From Lama guanicoe (lineage: Eukaryota), in contig MU056050.1 in assembly GCA_013239625.1 (NCBI GenBank), positions 5,775,366-5,839,365 of the forward strand: a DNA stretch of 64,000 bases, written 5' to 3'. Shown one piece after another: positions 49,441 to 61,931 of the stretch. The translations under genes and the position numbers were made by a program. Position 1 is the first letter of the stretch. Every line of letters starts with the position of its first letter. The notes beneath the pieces were generated by a model. The model searched no databases, was not told the DNA's origin, and saw nothing but the letters and a program-made list of their open reading frames with translations.

Positions 49441-50909
49441 CAAAAATGCTTCTTAGAAGAGGATGTCTAGCATGTTAGAACCACTCAAAACCTCAGGATG
49501 ATTTCATTCCTCTTGTGTCCAGATAGTAAGCTAGTAGCCCAGATGAATGACAGGGCTTTTCTGTTCCTTTTCTGAAAACTCAGCTGCAAAGAAACCAGTT
49601 CCAAGAAACTTTCAGAGACTGTTCTCCCCTGAATTGCCATGGCACTGGGACATGCGATTTGTGTCGTTTTTCCTACCGGACTTGCTTCGGTTGAGATGCC
49701 GCTGTGGCAGTTACCTTCTTGGGCGGTTCGGTGGAGGTGGATGGGGAGCAGACCTGAGAACCATAAGCAGCCCAAGGAAGCCCAGCTCATCATCCTCTGG
49801 CACCAAACGGCAAACAGTGGTTTCCCTATCCACAATCTCTACTGGCCAGACTGGGGGTCTGAACAGGACAGTCAAAAGTATCTGGTTTTATTTTTATTTC
49901 CAAAGAAAAATAATCCTGGTATACTTCTTAAGTCAAACCTGAATGAACTGCTTAGTTACCAGCAGAGGATCCGTTGGCTACAACACATGAATCTAATGTC
50001 TTTTTTTAAATAAGTGTCTCAATTTCACCCTTCTCTATCAATTATTCACGTTTGTACTCAGGCTCCAGATTAGTCATGGCAACGAGTTCCTACTCGAACA
50101 GCAACACAAGCAGCTTTTCTCCCCCTTTCCTTCTCAAGGCTATAATCAAATCAATAGCCACAACTCTGTCTTCCTGGCCTGGGGCTGAGCCAGCCACAGC
50201 CACTAGAAGAATGGCAAGGCTGAGGGCTTTGTTATTTTTCATAGAAAGAGATCTCACTATTGATCACTAAGGTAAAGAAAAGCTGGGGGCAGGATGGGGG
50301 AGCTAATGGAAAAAGATGAGATAAAATCCAGCTGGGCACCCCTGAGGTCATTCGGTGGATAACTGAAGGAAGTTTGAGTGAGAATCTGAAAGAAAGCAGA
50401 TAAAAGGACCCCAGTTCTGCAAGCACTGCACGGAGTATCTGACAGCGCTTGCTGTCTTGGTGTATGTTATTTTTTTCCAGCTGAACTACCTAATGATCAA
50501 ACATGACACACCTCATGCTTACTAGCCTTTGTTCAGGAAATATCTGAAATTTGCTTCCCAGCTGGAGGCTAAGACTGTGTACATTCCTTGCACTTTACTG
50601 GAAGGCACTTTCTCAACAGAACTGCTTCTGTGTGTTGTTACTTCTGTGCAGATGCGCCTTGCTTTACGCAAGTAGGTTCCAGAAGAATTCCCTAAATTGC
50701 ATTTTTGTAAATCAAACTCTGTTTCTTCCCTGCTACACCATATAATGCCATATAATCACAGATAGGCTGTCTCATCATTTGCGCTCAAGCCTCAACTCAG
50801 ACGCTGGAAGATTTTTTCCTGGTTCTGACCCCATCCCAATGTGTGACATTTAAAAAAAGGACTTCTAGCACAAGGGAACCTGCTAATGCTGAGGACTCTG
50901 TTAGAAATA

Positions 50910-51160
50910 ACAATGTCAACAGCTGTCATTTGGAGGTGACTGCCTATGCATCACACTAGGAAGGTGACATGTTATCACATTTAATCCCAAAAGTACTGTT
51001 TGAGTTAGGTGTCCTGATTCCTAGTTCACAAGTACAGAAAAGTCTCAAAGAGATTAAGTAATCCTACCAAGTTCACAAAGCTCCTTAGCAGTAGGGCAGA
51101 GCTTCTAAATCATGCCTCTGTCTGACCTCAGAGCTTTGCTGTTTCAACTGCTCTACTACC
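50910..51160 (-). mobile_element. MIR SINE
   Basis: ttatcacatttaatccc...agagattaagtaatcctaccaagttcacaaagct...tctgtctgacctcagagc. Confidence 0.7.
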
Positions 51161-53614
51161 TCCCTAATTTGGGGTAGCAATATGAAATTTATCACCAATC
51201 TATCTACACTGTTAACATGGGGGAGGGTCCCCTAATATTCAAAATTGCAGGTAATGATTAGTCTTCATTTTGCCACTAAAATGCTATGTGAATTTCACCA
51301 AGCAACTTCCCTCTCTAATTCTCTCACTTCCATCACCTATAAATTTAGGAGAGTGATCCAGGTAATCTGTAATGGCCTTGCCACCTCTAAAGTTCATGGC
51401 TATATGCTTTTAAGTTCCTAAGAGAAACACATTAATCATTAAAATCCACTTAGGTGCCATTTGGTGCCATAAGTTTTTCCACAAATGCTTCCAAAATGGG
51501 TATTTTCCAACACCGATCAGCTCTAAGGTGAAACCGATCACTGTGAAGTGTTCTCATTCGTGTCTACACATGCAAACTCTTTTAACCTGATGTTTCAAGT
51601 ACATTTTGTTCTGCTCTCAGAATGAGACCAAATGAACAGTGTGAATGAATTTTTCACTTTTCAGTGGATCATTTTGATTTCCTTGTCTAAATGTCCTCTC
51701 TTTGCCAACAAAATCATCTCCTACCTGGAAAATGGCTTTCTGTTTCCAACCGGCCTTTTTGAAAGCAACAAAGCAGCTCTGGCAGGCCTGCCATGAAACC
51801 TGGGGTAGTTAAAGTAGGTTGCCAGTTGCATCTCAAGCACCTCAGACCCACTGTGCCTTGGGTTTGGTTTTCTCCCAGCTCTGCTGCACTTTCTGGAAAT
51901 GATCTGGAACACCAGCCTCTAAAAGGAGCTGCATTCCAGCATACCCAAATGCGGTTCAAAAGCCATGTAAATAAATATACATGAACTGAACTGGAACAGC
52001 TGGGGAGTTCTCAACAGGGACCTCTAATGACCTCTGAACGGAAAGGGACACAGCTGATCAAGGAATCATTACTAAGATTAAAGGCTTATACCAAAATCAC
52101 TGCGAGACTTAAGCTACTGAATTTACAATGTTGATGGCATAAACAGGAAAGCACTAACTAGCCATATTAATGTGCTGCTTCAAAGTCAGAGGAAGCGGAG
52201 AAAGCTGGGTCACTTCTCTACCCGTTTCTGCTTTTGCAAACAGCCAGTAGGAAGCTGAACTTTCGGGGAAAAGGGCTTTGTTTCATAGCCTCACATTACT
52301 GTTAATGCAGCAGCGCCTTCTATTCCTTCAGGTAAATTGTTTATAGCACAGAGCCGAAGGAGTTAGTGTTTGAGTTCCACCAACACTGTCCATTTCAAGA
52401 AACCTGGCCACCAGGCATGCCAGGATCTCAATAAGAAAGCAGAGAAGGTTCTAACAGGGGAAGTGGAGAAGTTTGAGGACGAAGGGAATGACGGGGCTAC
52501 GTGGCTCAGCTCGGACACTGTGGCTGTCAAGTAGGAGGCTCGTCCCTAGTCCAATAAATGCTCCAACCTCATTTGATGTATGTTTGAGTAGCCACCTCGG
52601 AAAGGATGGGGGATGAGGTCTACAGGATGGGGCACAACATGGACAATCTCCAGACAATGGCAATACTCAAAGCACACAGCACCATGGTTCCAGACTGTTT
52701 GAAGGGAAGATTACAAAAAAAACCGAAAGATTGAGTGACAGGTTTCAGCTCCTAAGGGGAAGGGTTTAACACTTGGGCCAGGTAGTGGGTAAGGCTCACA
52801 AAGCCAGGTGGGATTTCGGGAATACAAGTCCCAGCAGAGTAGCTAGGGGATTAGGCAGGAATCACGAGGTCCGCAGTGAGCACACCTGATGAGGGGAGGG
52901 GCAGCTGAGATCACTGGGCTTGTGACTGGGCATACCACACACGAGCAAGTGTTTTGTTTGTTTTTGATTTTGCATTAGTGGTCAGGATCAGCTCAGAACC
53001 TCAGAAACTGAGCAGCACAAAGTCGTTAGGTTGAAGACAGCAGCTGAGAAGGGCTAGTAAACTCCCACCAGAGGGTACAGGTAAAAGTATACAGATTGCA
53101 ACTGATTCATCACTTTTGGGCCATACATTGCCCAAGGTCCTAGCCTCACTGCAAAAGAACAACACATCCTGTTACAATTAATTTTCTAGTGTGCTTTTTC
53201 TCAATCAAAAGGTGAGGGCCAGTGCTCTGGCAAGCAGCAAGGGGAGGAGAGCTATGGCAGACTTCTGCTGCAACAGAGAGGGGCTTCTGATCTTGAAGAA
53301 ATTCAGTGAGAATGGTTTCCTCCTCCCAACTCCTGTCCCTTGCCAAGACCCAACCTCCAACCACCTCAGTAGAGCCGATACGCGCTTATGCTTTTTAGAA
53401 GAGCCATGTGCCAGGGGATGGGATGGGGGTGGGTAGATATATCAGGATCAATCACAGGTCATTCTTTCTCTCCTTTAACCTCAAAAACTCTAAGACTTGC
53501 CTTCAGTTTCATAGGACTATAGACCTATTTAGATTTTGGGGGGCCTCTTGATCCCTTCCCAGATCTCCATATTTGCTTGCTGAGGCCTGAAGTCCCTTTA
53601 TAAAAGTTGAAGCT

Positions 53615-53831
53615 GGGATTTCAAAATTGTAGAATAGATAAACAAGATTACACTGTATAGCACAGGGAAATATACACAAAATGTTATGATAACTCACAGA
53701 AAAAAAAATGTGACAATGAGTGTGTATATGTCCATGAATGACTGAAAAATTGTGCTGAACACTGGAATTTGACACAACATTGTAAAATGATTATAAATCA
53801 ATAAAAATGTTTAAAAAAATAAAAAATAAAA
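53615..53831 (+). mobile_element. Young, severely 5'-truncated camelid L1 with a perfect TSD
   Basis: L1 3' UTR (gattacactgtatagcacagggaaatatacacaa...actggaatttgacacaacattgtaaaatga) with an A-rich tail. Exact 15-bp TSD ataaaagttgaagct at 53600-53614 and 53832-53846. Confidence 0.95.
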
Positions 53832-55043
53832 ATAAAAGTTGAAGCTCATTGTGGAATGAAAACCTTAAACTAAAAAGGCCTGCAGGCAGTGAAACACTTG
53901 GGGATAGATAAACTTCTCAGTCAATCCCATATCAAAAGAATGTCATCATTCCTGTCTTATTTGGATAAGGAGAGAAGTTGGCTATTCAACCAAATGGAAT
54001 AGGGACCCTATGGGACTGGCGGGGGGTGGGGTGTGACAAGGGAGGCCAGTCTGCCTGAGGGGAAAAAAAAACAATTTACAAAGAGAACACATTCCTGCCT
54101 GGCTATGTTGGAAGATGTCTTTCAGCTGAACGGGAGGACTAAAGTGGGAAGTAGGGATGCCAAATGAGAAGCTACGCACCAAAATATTTCTATCAGAAGA
54201 CTGGAAAGCAAATTCTTTTACATGCCTTACAAAGCCTTCACTGTTTGGCCTTTTAATCAGCAACATTCAAATAATGGAGCTTCTTTGCCAAAGGTTTTGC
54301 TCCCCATCGCTTTCAGGGCATTAGGAAAATGCAAAGATTCTGAGTCCTAAGAAAGCATTCCTCCGCACACACGAGTCTCCTACTATTTACAATATATTGT
54401 ATGATCGAGAGCAAGGCCTGGCAACCTGTGAAAGCCTTGGCTGAGCGTCCTGAGCCTGGTGTGCATTTTCTTCCGAGTAATGGGATGCTCAAAAGCAAAC
54501 CATGGCCATCATACTCCAGCATGGGGCAGTGCACAGAGGAAGCAAGAGCCGGGAGGCCAAGATACTGGAAGAAGAAGTTATGGCCAAAACAATTAGTTCA
54601 TCCTTGGTTTTAAATACTGATCCCAGTTTATGCCAAAAGGATGAATAGGCAGTGAATAGTTACACTTGCATCTAACCTTTCTGTCATACCTGTTGAATAT
54701 GATCTCCCTCCTCAGAACTGCGGGCGATGGGGCTACCTCTGACATGGTGTCTGAGTTGAGAAACAGTATTTCTTTCATGAGGATTCACCTGCATGTTTAT
54801 TCGTGCTGCTATACTATGAGCTTGGATGTGTTTCCTGGGCTTACGGGGTACTGTGCCCACCCTTGAGCTTCTCGCCTGGGTTGGTGAGATGTTCTTCATG
54901 AACCAACCACTGCCCAAAAAGGAGCTCAGGACTGTAGCTGGACTTCATAGACAATGTGGTTTCTGTACCAGAAGTGATCATTACCTCTTCAGGTGAGGCC
55001 CTAACTGCAAGCCTTTTGTAGGACTCATATAACACAGTTTAAG

Positions 55044-55259
55044 CAGTATTTTTTCAAACTATGGGTCAGAATTAGCAGTTTTGAATGGAATGTGATGGAA
55101 AACAGAGTATATTCTATGGGAAATCTAATAATGTGTCACAAAGGGTAAAGTGAATCTTAATTTAGCAAAAGCTTTCTTTCACATAGGTCTATGTATGTTA
55201 GGTTACACTATGAAATACACTTCTTCCTTGGGTCATAGATTAAAGTTTGAAAAATACTG
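55044..55259. mobile_element. hAT-Charlie MITE (MER112/MER113-like) with terminal inverted repeats
   Basis: Begins cagtattttttcaaact and ends agtttgaaaaatactg (reverse complement cagtatttttcaaact); about 215 bp. Confidence 0.75.
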
Positions 55260-55435
55260 GTTGGACTTTTTAACCAAAATTGATACCACAGCCATTTCCC
55301 TCTGAAGACTTCCCTGAACTAAGTAAAATCAAGTTCTATTAGAAAGTTCCACCACAAAAGGAAGACAACAGTGCTTGGATCCAAAAACACCAATGGACAC
55401 ATCCTGACAAAGACATGTTCTTGTTTTTTGAGTTC

Positions 55436-55599
55436 TTTTTTTTAATATTTTATTTATTTATTATTGTATTATATTATTTTATTTTGGCAGGGGGGCAGGT
55501 AATTAAGTTTATTTATTTTTGGAGGAGGTACTGGGAACTGAACCCAGGACCTTGTTTATGCTAAGCATGTGCTCTACCACTTGAGCTATACCCTCCCCC
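55436..55599 (-). mobile_element. tRNA-derived SINE, Vic-1 type (antisense)
   Basis: ggaggaggtactgggaactgaacccaggacc...gctaagcatgtgctctaccacttgagctataccctccccc; TSD ttgagttc at 55428-55435 and 55600-55607. Confidence 0.92.
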
Positions 55600-56194
55600 T
55601 TGAGTTCCTTTGTTACTACAGTAAACACTGGCCTATCTCCCTAAGAGAAGTCCCTCCTTTCAGAAGTACTTTGAGATCTGGCTCTCAGGTTTCCCATACA
55701 TACAATGGAAACAATGGTAGCATCTATCTCCAACAGTAAGGAGAAACACATGACGTGGTGATGATAGTTAACATTTATTGAGCTTCTGTTGAGCATTACG
55801 TACTGGAGATATATGGGAGCTCAGGGAGGCAGACATCGTAAGCAGTCACTAACTGTTAGTCTCTTCCTCTTACCCTGCCTCTAAGGCCTGTTCCAAACTC
55901 AATAGTGTATGATTCCAGAAGAACCAAAGCAATGGTAAATGCTGACGGATCACTCTAAAGATCCCAGGCTCATGTAAGGCACCCAATGGCTTGGTAGAGT
56001 TGGAAGCTGTTACAGAGAACAATGAGGCATCAGTGATAGAAATCAACCTTTCTTGGGGGCAGCAAGAGAGACCACAGTAAATAAATTTAATCATGGAAAC
56101 TGTAGCCACGGGTGGGCTTGAATAAGCCCTGCCCACCTCTAGCAGCAACCTGAAGGCATCACTATCTAGACTAAACTATTTCAGCAGCTCCTCA

Positions 56195-56935
56195 ACTACC
56201 TTTGAAGGAAAACTCAAGGACCTTAATACATCCTCTAAGATCCTCCCTGGTAGGGCTCCTGATGGCCTCTCCAACCTCATCCCTGCCAGTCTCATTCAGG
56301 TACCACACTGGCTAGACACACCATGCCATGACCATTCACCAATGCAGTCGAATGTTCACCCCTTATGACTTTGTTCATGTTGGCCACTTTAACAGAAATG
56401 CCATTCTCAGCTTCTACCCAGTGAACTCCAAATATTTCTTCAAGATCCAGGTTTAAGAACATGTTCTCCAAAGAGTTTTCACTGGTGTCATCACCTCCAA
56501 AAGAGCCTGCACACTTACAAAGCAAGTTCCTACAGCACTTTGGCCCCACCGACATTAAAGTGATCATCTAGCATTCCAACTGCTTGTTCCTATGTCTGTC
56601 TCTCCCAGTAAACTGAGCTTTTTTAGGACAGGGACCACATCTGGCTTAAGCATCATCACCTCCTAAACAAAGTATCTGGCTTAAAGTAGGTCTTCCATAA
56701 ATGTCTGTTGTATGAATTGGCGTGGACAAGCATGACTGACACGGGAAACAAAGGACCCGATCATAACCAGCAGTGAACAAAAGGAAGCTATGATCACATT
56801 TCTTTTCTGTCTTCCCCATTGCAAATTCCCTGACAGCAGTCACCGACTTTGTCTCATTCGTCACTGGATTCCCAGAACCTAGCCCAGTGCCTGGAATACT
56901 GTTGGTGCCTGGAATGACTTAATGCATGAATAACC
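56195..56935 (+). mobile_element. L2 3' fragments
   Basis: cttcaagatccaggtttaag...tgtctgtctctcccagtaaactgagcttttttaggacagggacc...ataaatgtctgttgtatgaat; a second 3' end tcccagaacctagcccagtgcctggaa...atgcatgaat. Confidence 0.75.
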
Positions 56936-56940
56936 TAAAG

Positions 56941-57158
56941 CAAGGTTTCTCCACTTCAGCACTGCTGACGTGAGGGGCTGGATGAGTCTTTCTTATAAGG
57001 CATCTGTGCTGTGCACTGTGAGGTGCTGAGTAGCATCCGTAGCCTCTAGTCAAAAGATAACAGGAACTCACAGACCCCCAGCTGTGACAACCAAAAACAT
57101 CTCCAGAGGATGCCAGAAGTCCCCTGTGGAGCAACACCGCCTCTGCCTGAGAAACTCG
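56941..57158 (+). mobile_element. MER20 (hAT-Charlie MITE)
   Basis: caaggtttctccacttcagcactgctgacgtgaggggctggat...tgtgctgtgcactgtgaggtgctgagtagcatcc...cccagctgtgacaaccaaaaacatctccaga...tgagaaac. Confidence 0.85.
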
Positions 57159-60100
57159 GGTGTGGAGAGAGAGCTGTCAGAAGATGGCGGAGATTCATTG
57201 TACCTGCTTCTCAGAGAGTGGGCTTATTCAACATTTAAATTAGCACATCTCTCTCTTCTTCTGTGTTCCCACAGCATACAGAAGACGGAGGGAGGTGAGA
57301 TGAGCCTTCCATCAGGCAGTTTGGCTGGGAGCCAGGCATGCTTGCTTCTGGTCTCTCGCCCTCCTTTGCAGCCAGCTGTTACCCTCATTGACCAGCACAG
57401 CCTTCCTCCCACCTCATTCCACACTGTGCTTTCCCAGCTATAAAGACAATTCTGTGTGGGCTGTGAACATTAGTCTTTACCCTGGGTGGCTGCCTACCAG
57501 GCACTCAGTTCTCCACAGGACATTTGATTAGCACTGTGTTCGGTGAGCACCCACTGCCTTCATTAAGACCAGACCAGTTAGAGGGAGCGGCTATTCTGTG
57601 GGCGGAAAAACAATGAACAATCACGAGGGTTTCCTCCCATTGCTTTCCGAGGCCCCTGATTCCTGTGGCTTTAACCCAGGCCTTCCTGTGTTTCTCATTC
57701 CAGAGCTCTCCATTCTACAGACTTACCCCTTCAAAGGCTACTCAGAAAATGCAAGCCACAACAAGAACCACGTGTGCTCAGGGACTTCACTTTCTCTTTC
57801 AAATCTGACAGTTGGGGAGTGAATGAATGAATAAATGAATGATGGTGAGAGAGTTGTACAAAGATTAACCAAGCTGGGAAAAAAAAAAAACTTCATGATT
57901 ACCTGGCCTAAACACCTTATGTGTCACGGAGGAAAATAAAACCTAGAGAAGAGATATGATTTACCCAAGATGATAACCAGTGAGTGGTACAGGTGGACCT
58001 AGAGCCTAAATTCCCCTGTTCCCCATCTAGTATTTCTTTTTCTTAATCAGCCTTATATTTATAGGGAAAAAAGTGAAGGCACCCCTCCATGAAATCAGTA
58101 AGATTTCTCTGCTGAGATCAGGCTGATGCTCATTACAGGTGAAGAAGGCAGGATGTTGACACCCAGCACAGTTTTTCATACATGGCAGGTGCTAAATGGC
58201 TGTGGACTTAATAGATGAATGAGATAAGATGTAAGTATGGTGTTAGGGGCTTTGCTAAAAAGCTCCATGTTGCAGTCCTTGCTTTCTCCACTCCTAAACT
58301 CTACCTGACTACTTCCTGAAGGCCGTGCCATCCAAGGTAGTGTCACTTTAGGACTGCCCACTTAATCAGGAAAGAGGCTCTGGAATTAATCTGACAACAA
58401 GAAGTCTGGTATCTGGACTGAGATGCTGCCATATCCTGATGATTGAGGCACAGCTTATACATTAGCTTCTGCCTTGGTTGATGTTTAAAGCACATTTCTG
58501 CTTTGGGATCACAGTCCTATCTGAACCTCAGGCCATTTGGCAGGTACCCTGGATTGACTTCTACCTTCTGCCAGCCTGTTCCCATGGAAGACAGACCCGC
58601 ATTGTCCAGGGTTCCAGTGACCGGTCTGGGTGGTAGTCTAACCTAGATCACTGTCTTAACTATGAGCACGTCCTTGAGAGTCCTGCCATTCTTCACCCAT
58701 CAGCTTCCCCTCGTCTCCCATTTAGATACCAGTGCTGCTCCATGGCTGAATCTCGACTTAGTGATAGTTTCCTTTCAGACCCCCACCTGACTGTACAACT
58801 ACAAGCTCAATGTGATTTACAGATAGGCCTGCTTATTCGAGTTACAGCACCTTGGCTATCGGACACAACATCAGATACCAACAAGGTCCAAAACTCTGGG
58901 TCAGTCACTGGATTTTCAGAAAACCTCCTTTGAAATGAAGATACTAAAAGGGGAAGGAGCTGTACATGAAAGTCAGTATTCCTCACAGACTCTCAAAATA
59001 GATGACCTTCCCCAAAGCCTAGAGCCTGAAATCAGACAACCTCCAGAGACATGGAGGTCCTGGCACATGAGAAAGTTGGAAAGCAGTGACAGAGGCTGAA
59101 CATGATGACGAAATGTGGAGAAAGACGAAGTTAGGGAGGCATGCACTGTGGAAAGCCACAGGCAGCCATAAGAGAAAAAAAAGGGGGGGGGAAGCTTCCT
59201 TGAGATATGGTAAGGGTCCAAGTAGTTCAATTTTCTGGGGGCCTGCGGAAGTAAATTTTGCCTCCTCATTGTTTAACAGAAGGTTAATCCTGTCCTTGGT
59301 AAAGGGAGGAGCTTTCACTTGATGGGGACCACGTTACAGAGCATGAGTGGCCCGTGGTTCCACATGCGGGTCCATGTGTACTGTCTACGTGCCTGTCCTT
59401 CCCTTTGCAGCAGCACATTTTCTGGCCCCTTCAGCTCTAGGCCAGCATCCACAATGATCAGGTTTAAGATGATGCCTTACAAAATCTCAAAGACACTCAC
59501 TCTGCTGGCCTTATCACCACTCCATTATGGGAGGCCGTTCGGTCCACTTTGTAGCATATATGCTTTTAAAGGAAGTGAGGTCTCTAACAAAAGCCTATTA
59601 ATAGGTAACACACAGAGGGCCAATAATAGTTAGTGAGTAAGCATGATTATTAAACCAGTCTTGATAGATAGCCTCATTAAGTTTTCATACAGGATCTGTA
59701 TTAATAAAGTCACTGTCCTCTTCGAAGAGGAAACAGTGGTCATGGGGACACAGGCTGGGATAATGTAGCCGCTTAATGAAACATACTAGGCTAAGTCCCA
59801 TTTTTAAAGAGGGAGAGGCAAAATGAGGTAAGTGACCTGGCTTAAAAAAAGCATGGAGCCAGGGATCAAGCAGGGAGCCATTAGACCATGGCCCCATGGG
59901 TGATACTCAGTCCTGTTCAGCTTGTGTCTGGAGGTGCCTCACCTCTAAAACACTGTCTTGAAGCTGACAGTCCATGACTACATCAAATGTGGGTAAAGAT
60001 TCAGATTTTGTGGCCTTCTACCTTAACTGCAGACACTCAGTGGCCTCATGTTCCAGGTGCTTGAGACCCCACACTATGGTACCCCATATAGATTTGCTCG

Positions 60101-61049
60101 GTTCCCGAATGTCTACATCTAGACTTTTCCCCTAGACCCAACAAAAAATTTCTGGCTTGTGTCACATTATCTCTGGCCTGGATTTCTGCTAGGGTTCAAC
60201 TTATAAGACTGGTGTTATCAAATTGTTTTCAGGTGGAGAAATACTTGAAAGTCACAGCTCTCTTTATGAAACATTATGAAATACTGATGCTATAAAAAGA
60301 AATGTCTGGTTTTATGCAAAATGTAATTCATAGGGAACCATATAATTACAGTATTTTCTCCACATTCCGCCTATTATGTGGTTAGCCTCAGGTATCAGGA
60401 TTGTTTCAAGGCAGTCTTGTACAAGGAGGAATGTCAATTTCCCAGGCGAGAAAGATCCTTAGAAGACTCTATCCCTTTCTCTAGTCCTCGTTCTACTTGA
60501 GCTCCAGGTAAGGAATCCTCTCCTCCCTCCACACGGGCAGAATCAGAGAGGCTGAGCTTCTGAATATTCTTCCCCTGGTAGATAACGTCTTAAGACTCTA
60601 TCAAGTCATTCCTTGGGGGACAAAGGACGAAAGCCAAAGTAGGTTCTGCACAATGGGTGAAAAGTCAAAAGAATATATACAAAACAGCAGGACATACTTT
60701 CTGGAGTAGGAGCAGGTTATGACAAGAGTCAGAGAGATACCTGGAAAAATATGACCTCGAAGTCTAAGATGTGCACAGACTAGTCAAAGTCTATGGGTCA
60801 TTCCGGTGTCAAAGACAATGGGAGTGAGAAGGACAAGGCCCAAGAGCTAAAGTGAGGAAGACAGTGGAGTAAGTGGCCTTGAGGGAGACCTGCCTGCTCA
60901 CCTGTGTGTGTGTCCCTGTTCATTCTATAAAAAAATAAAACAGCACAAGTGGAGACAAAGTGCTATTTATCCGAAGTACAAGCATTGTCTAACATTCACA
61001 GAGTGAAGACCGACTAACTAGAAGGCAATTTACATATCTATCTTGCAGA

Positions 61050-61240
61050 GTAAGTATGATGCTTCAAGCTGTAGAGCCCTGGGAAAGTTATTTAACCATT
61101 CAGTTTTCTTATCTGTAAGACAGAGATTATAACTAGACCTAGTTTCTACAATGGTCGTGAGGATTAAATAAACCAGTGCACACAAAGCAACTAGTGCAGC
61201 GTACATAATGTTACTCAATATACAGATGGCTATTATTACT
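61050..61240 (+). mobile_element. MIR SINE
   Basis: ccctgggaaagttatttaaccattcagttttcttatctgtaa...gtcgtgaggattaaat...ctcaata...gctattatta. Confidence 0.8.
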
Positions 61241-61647
61241 ATATTTGTAACTAATACTTAAGTAGGATGACGAACTCATGGTAAGTCTCAGTACAAAATT
61301 CATTTTCCCAGGCGAGGATACTATTAATACCATGTGTGAAACCAAATATATTTTCAGTAGTCAAGTATTACATGGACAATTACAGATTTAAGAAAAGGAG
61401 ACCAACGTACTGAAAAAAAAAAAAAACTACCCTCAGCAATAAAAGTTTGGATAAGACCCTCAAAGTTATCTGAAAATGTTTATTTTATGCGTGTAAGTAT
61501 TCACAGTGCTCTCTATTGTTTACACACCACCAATCATCCCCCTAAAAAAAAAACACCAAAACTTGGCTCAAAACTCAGTCTAATTGACAACTTGGAATGA
61601 GGAAGCGGACGTAAAAAAAAAAGAAAGAAAAAAAAAGTCATACTTAC

Positions 61648-61931
61648 TTGACTGAATTCAAGCATTTAGGGATGGTCTGTTGAATTAAATTTACTCAAAT
61701 TGTGTGCAGAGGCACAATTCTAGCAAACCCTAGGGTCTTAAGGGAAGGCTGTTAAAAGTCCAAATTTGGAAAAAGCTGAACTAACTTGGCAGACGCTGAA
61801 GTGCCAAAAGTGTTGTTGAGAAGTCACAGTACTAAATGCCTGTTAAAAAATCAGAAATCAGACGGCGAACCGTGTGGAGGACAAGGTTAAACACCATCAA
61901 AGAGAAGGATTGAAAGAAGGTCAATAATTGC
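61648..61931 (-). other. Candidate non-coding exon of a minus-strand transcript
   Basis: Consensus donor CAA|gtaagt (intron starts at 61647); acceptor cattctattcatcttcttttcccgtccag|G at 61931; stops in all frames; no repeat recognised. Confidence 0.3.

Noticed and set aside
49485..50013. Three overlapping ORFs of 116-131 aa
   Set aside because: No recognisable domain, locally higher GC explains the scarcity of stops, and no consistent splice signals.
53065..53078. CTCF-like CCACCAGAGGGTAC
   Set aside because: Mismatch at a highly conserved C, and such near-matches are expected by chance in 64 kb.
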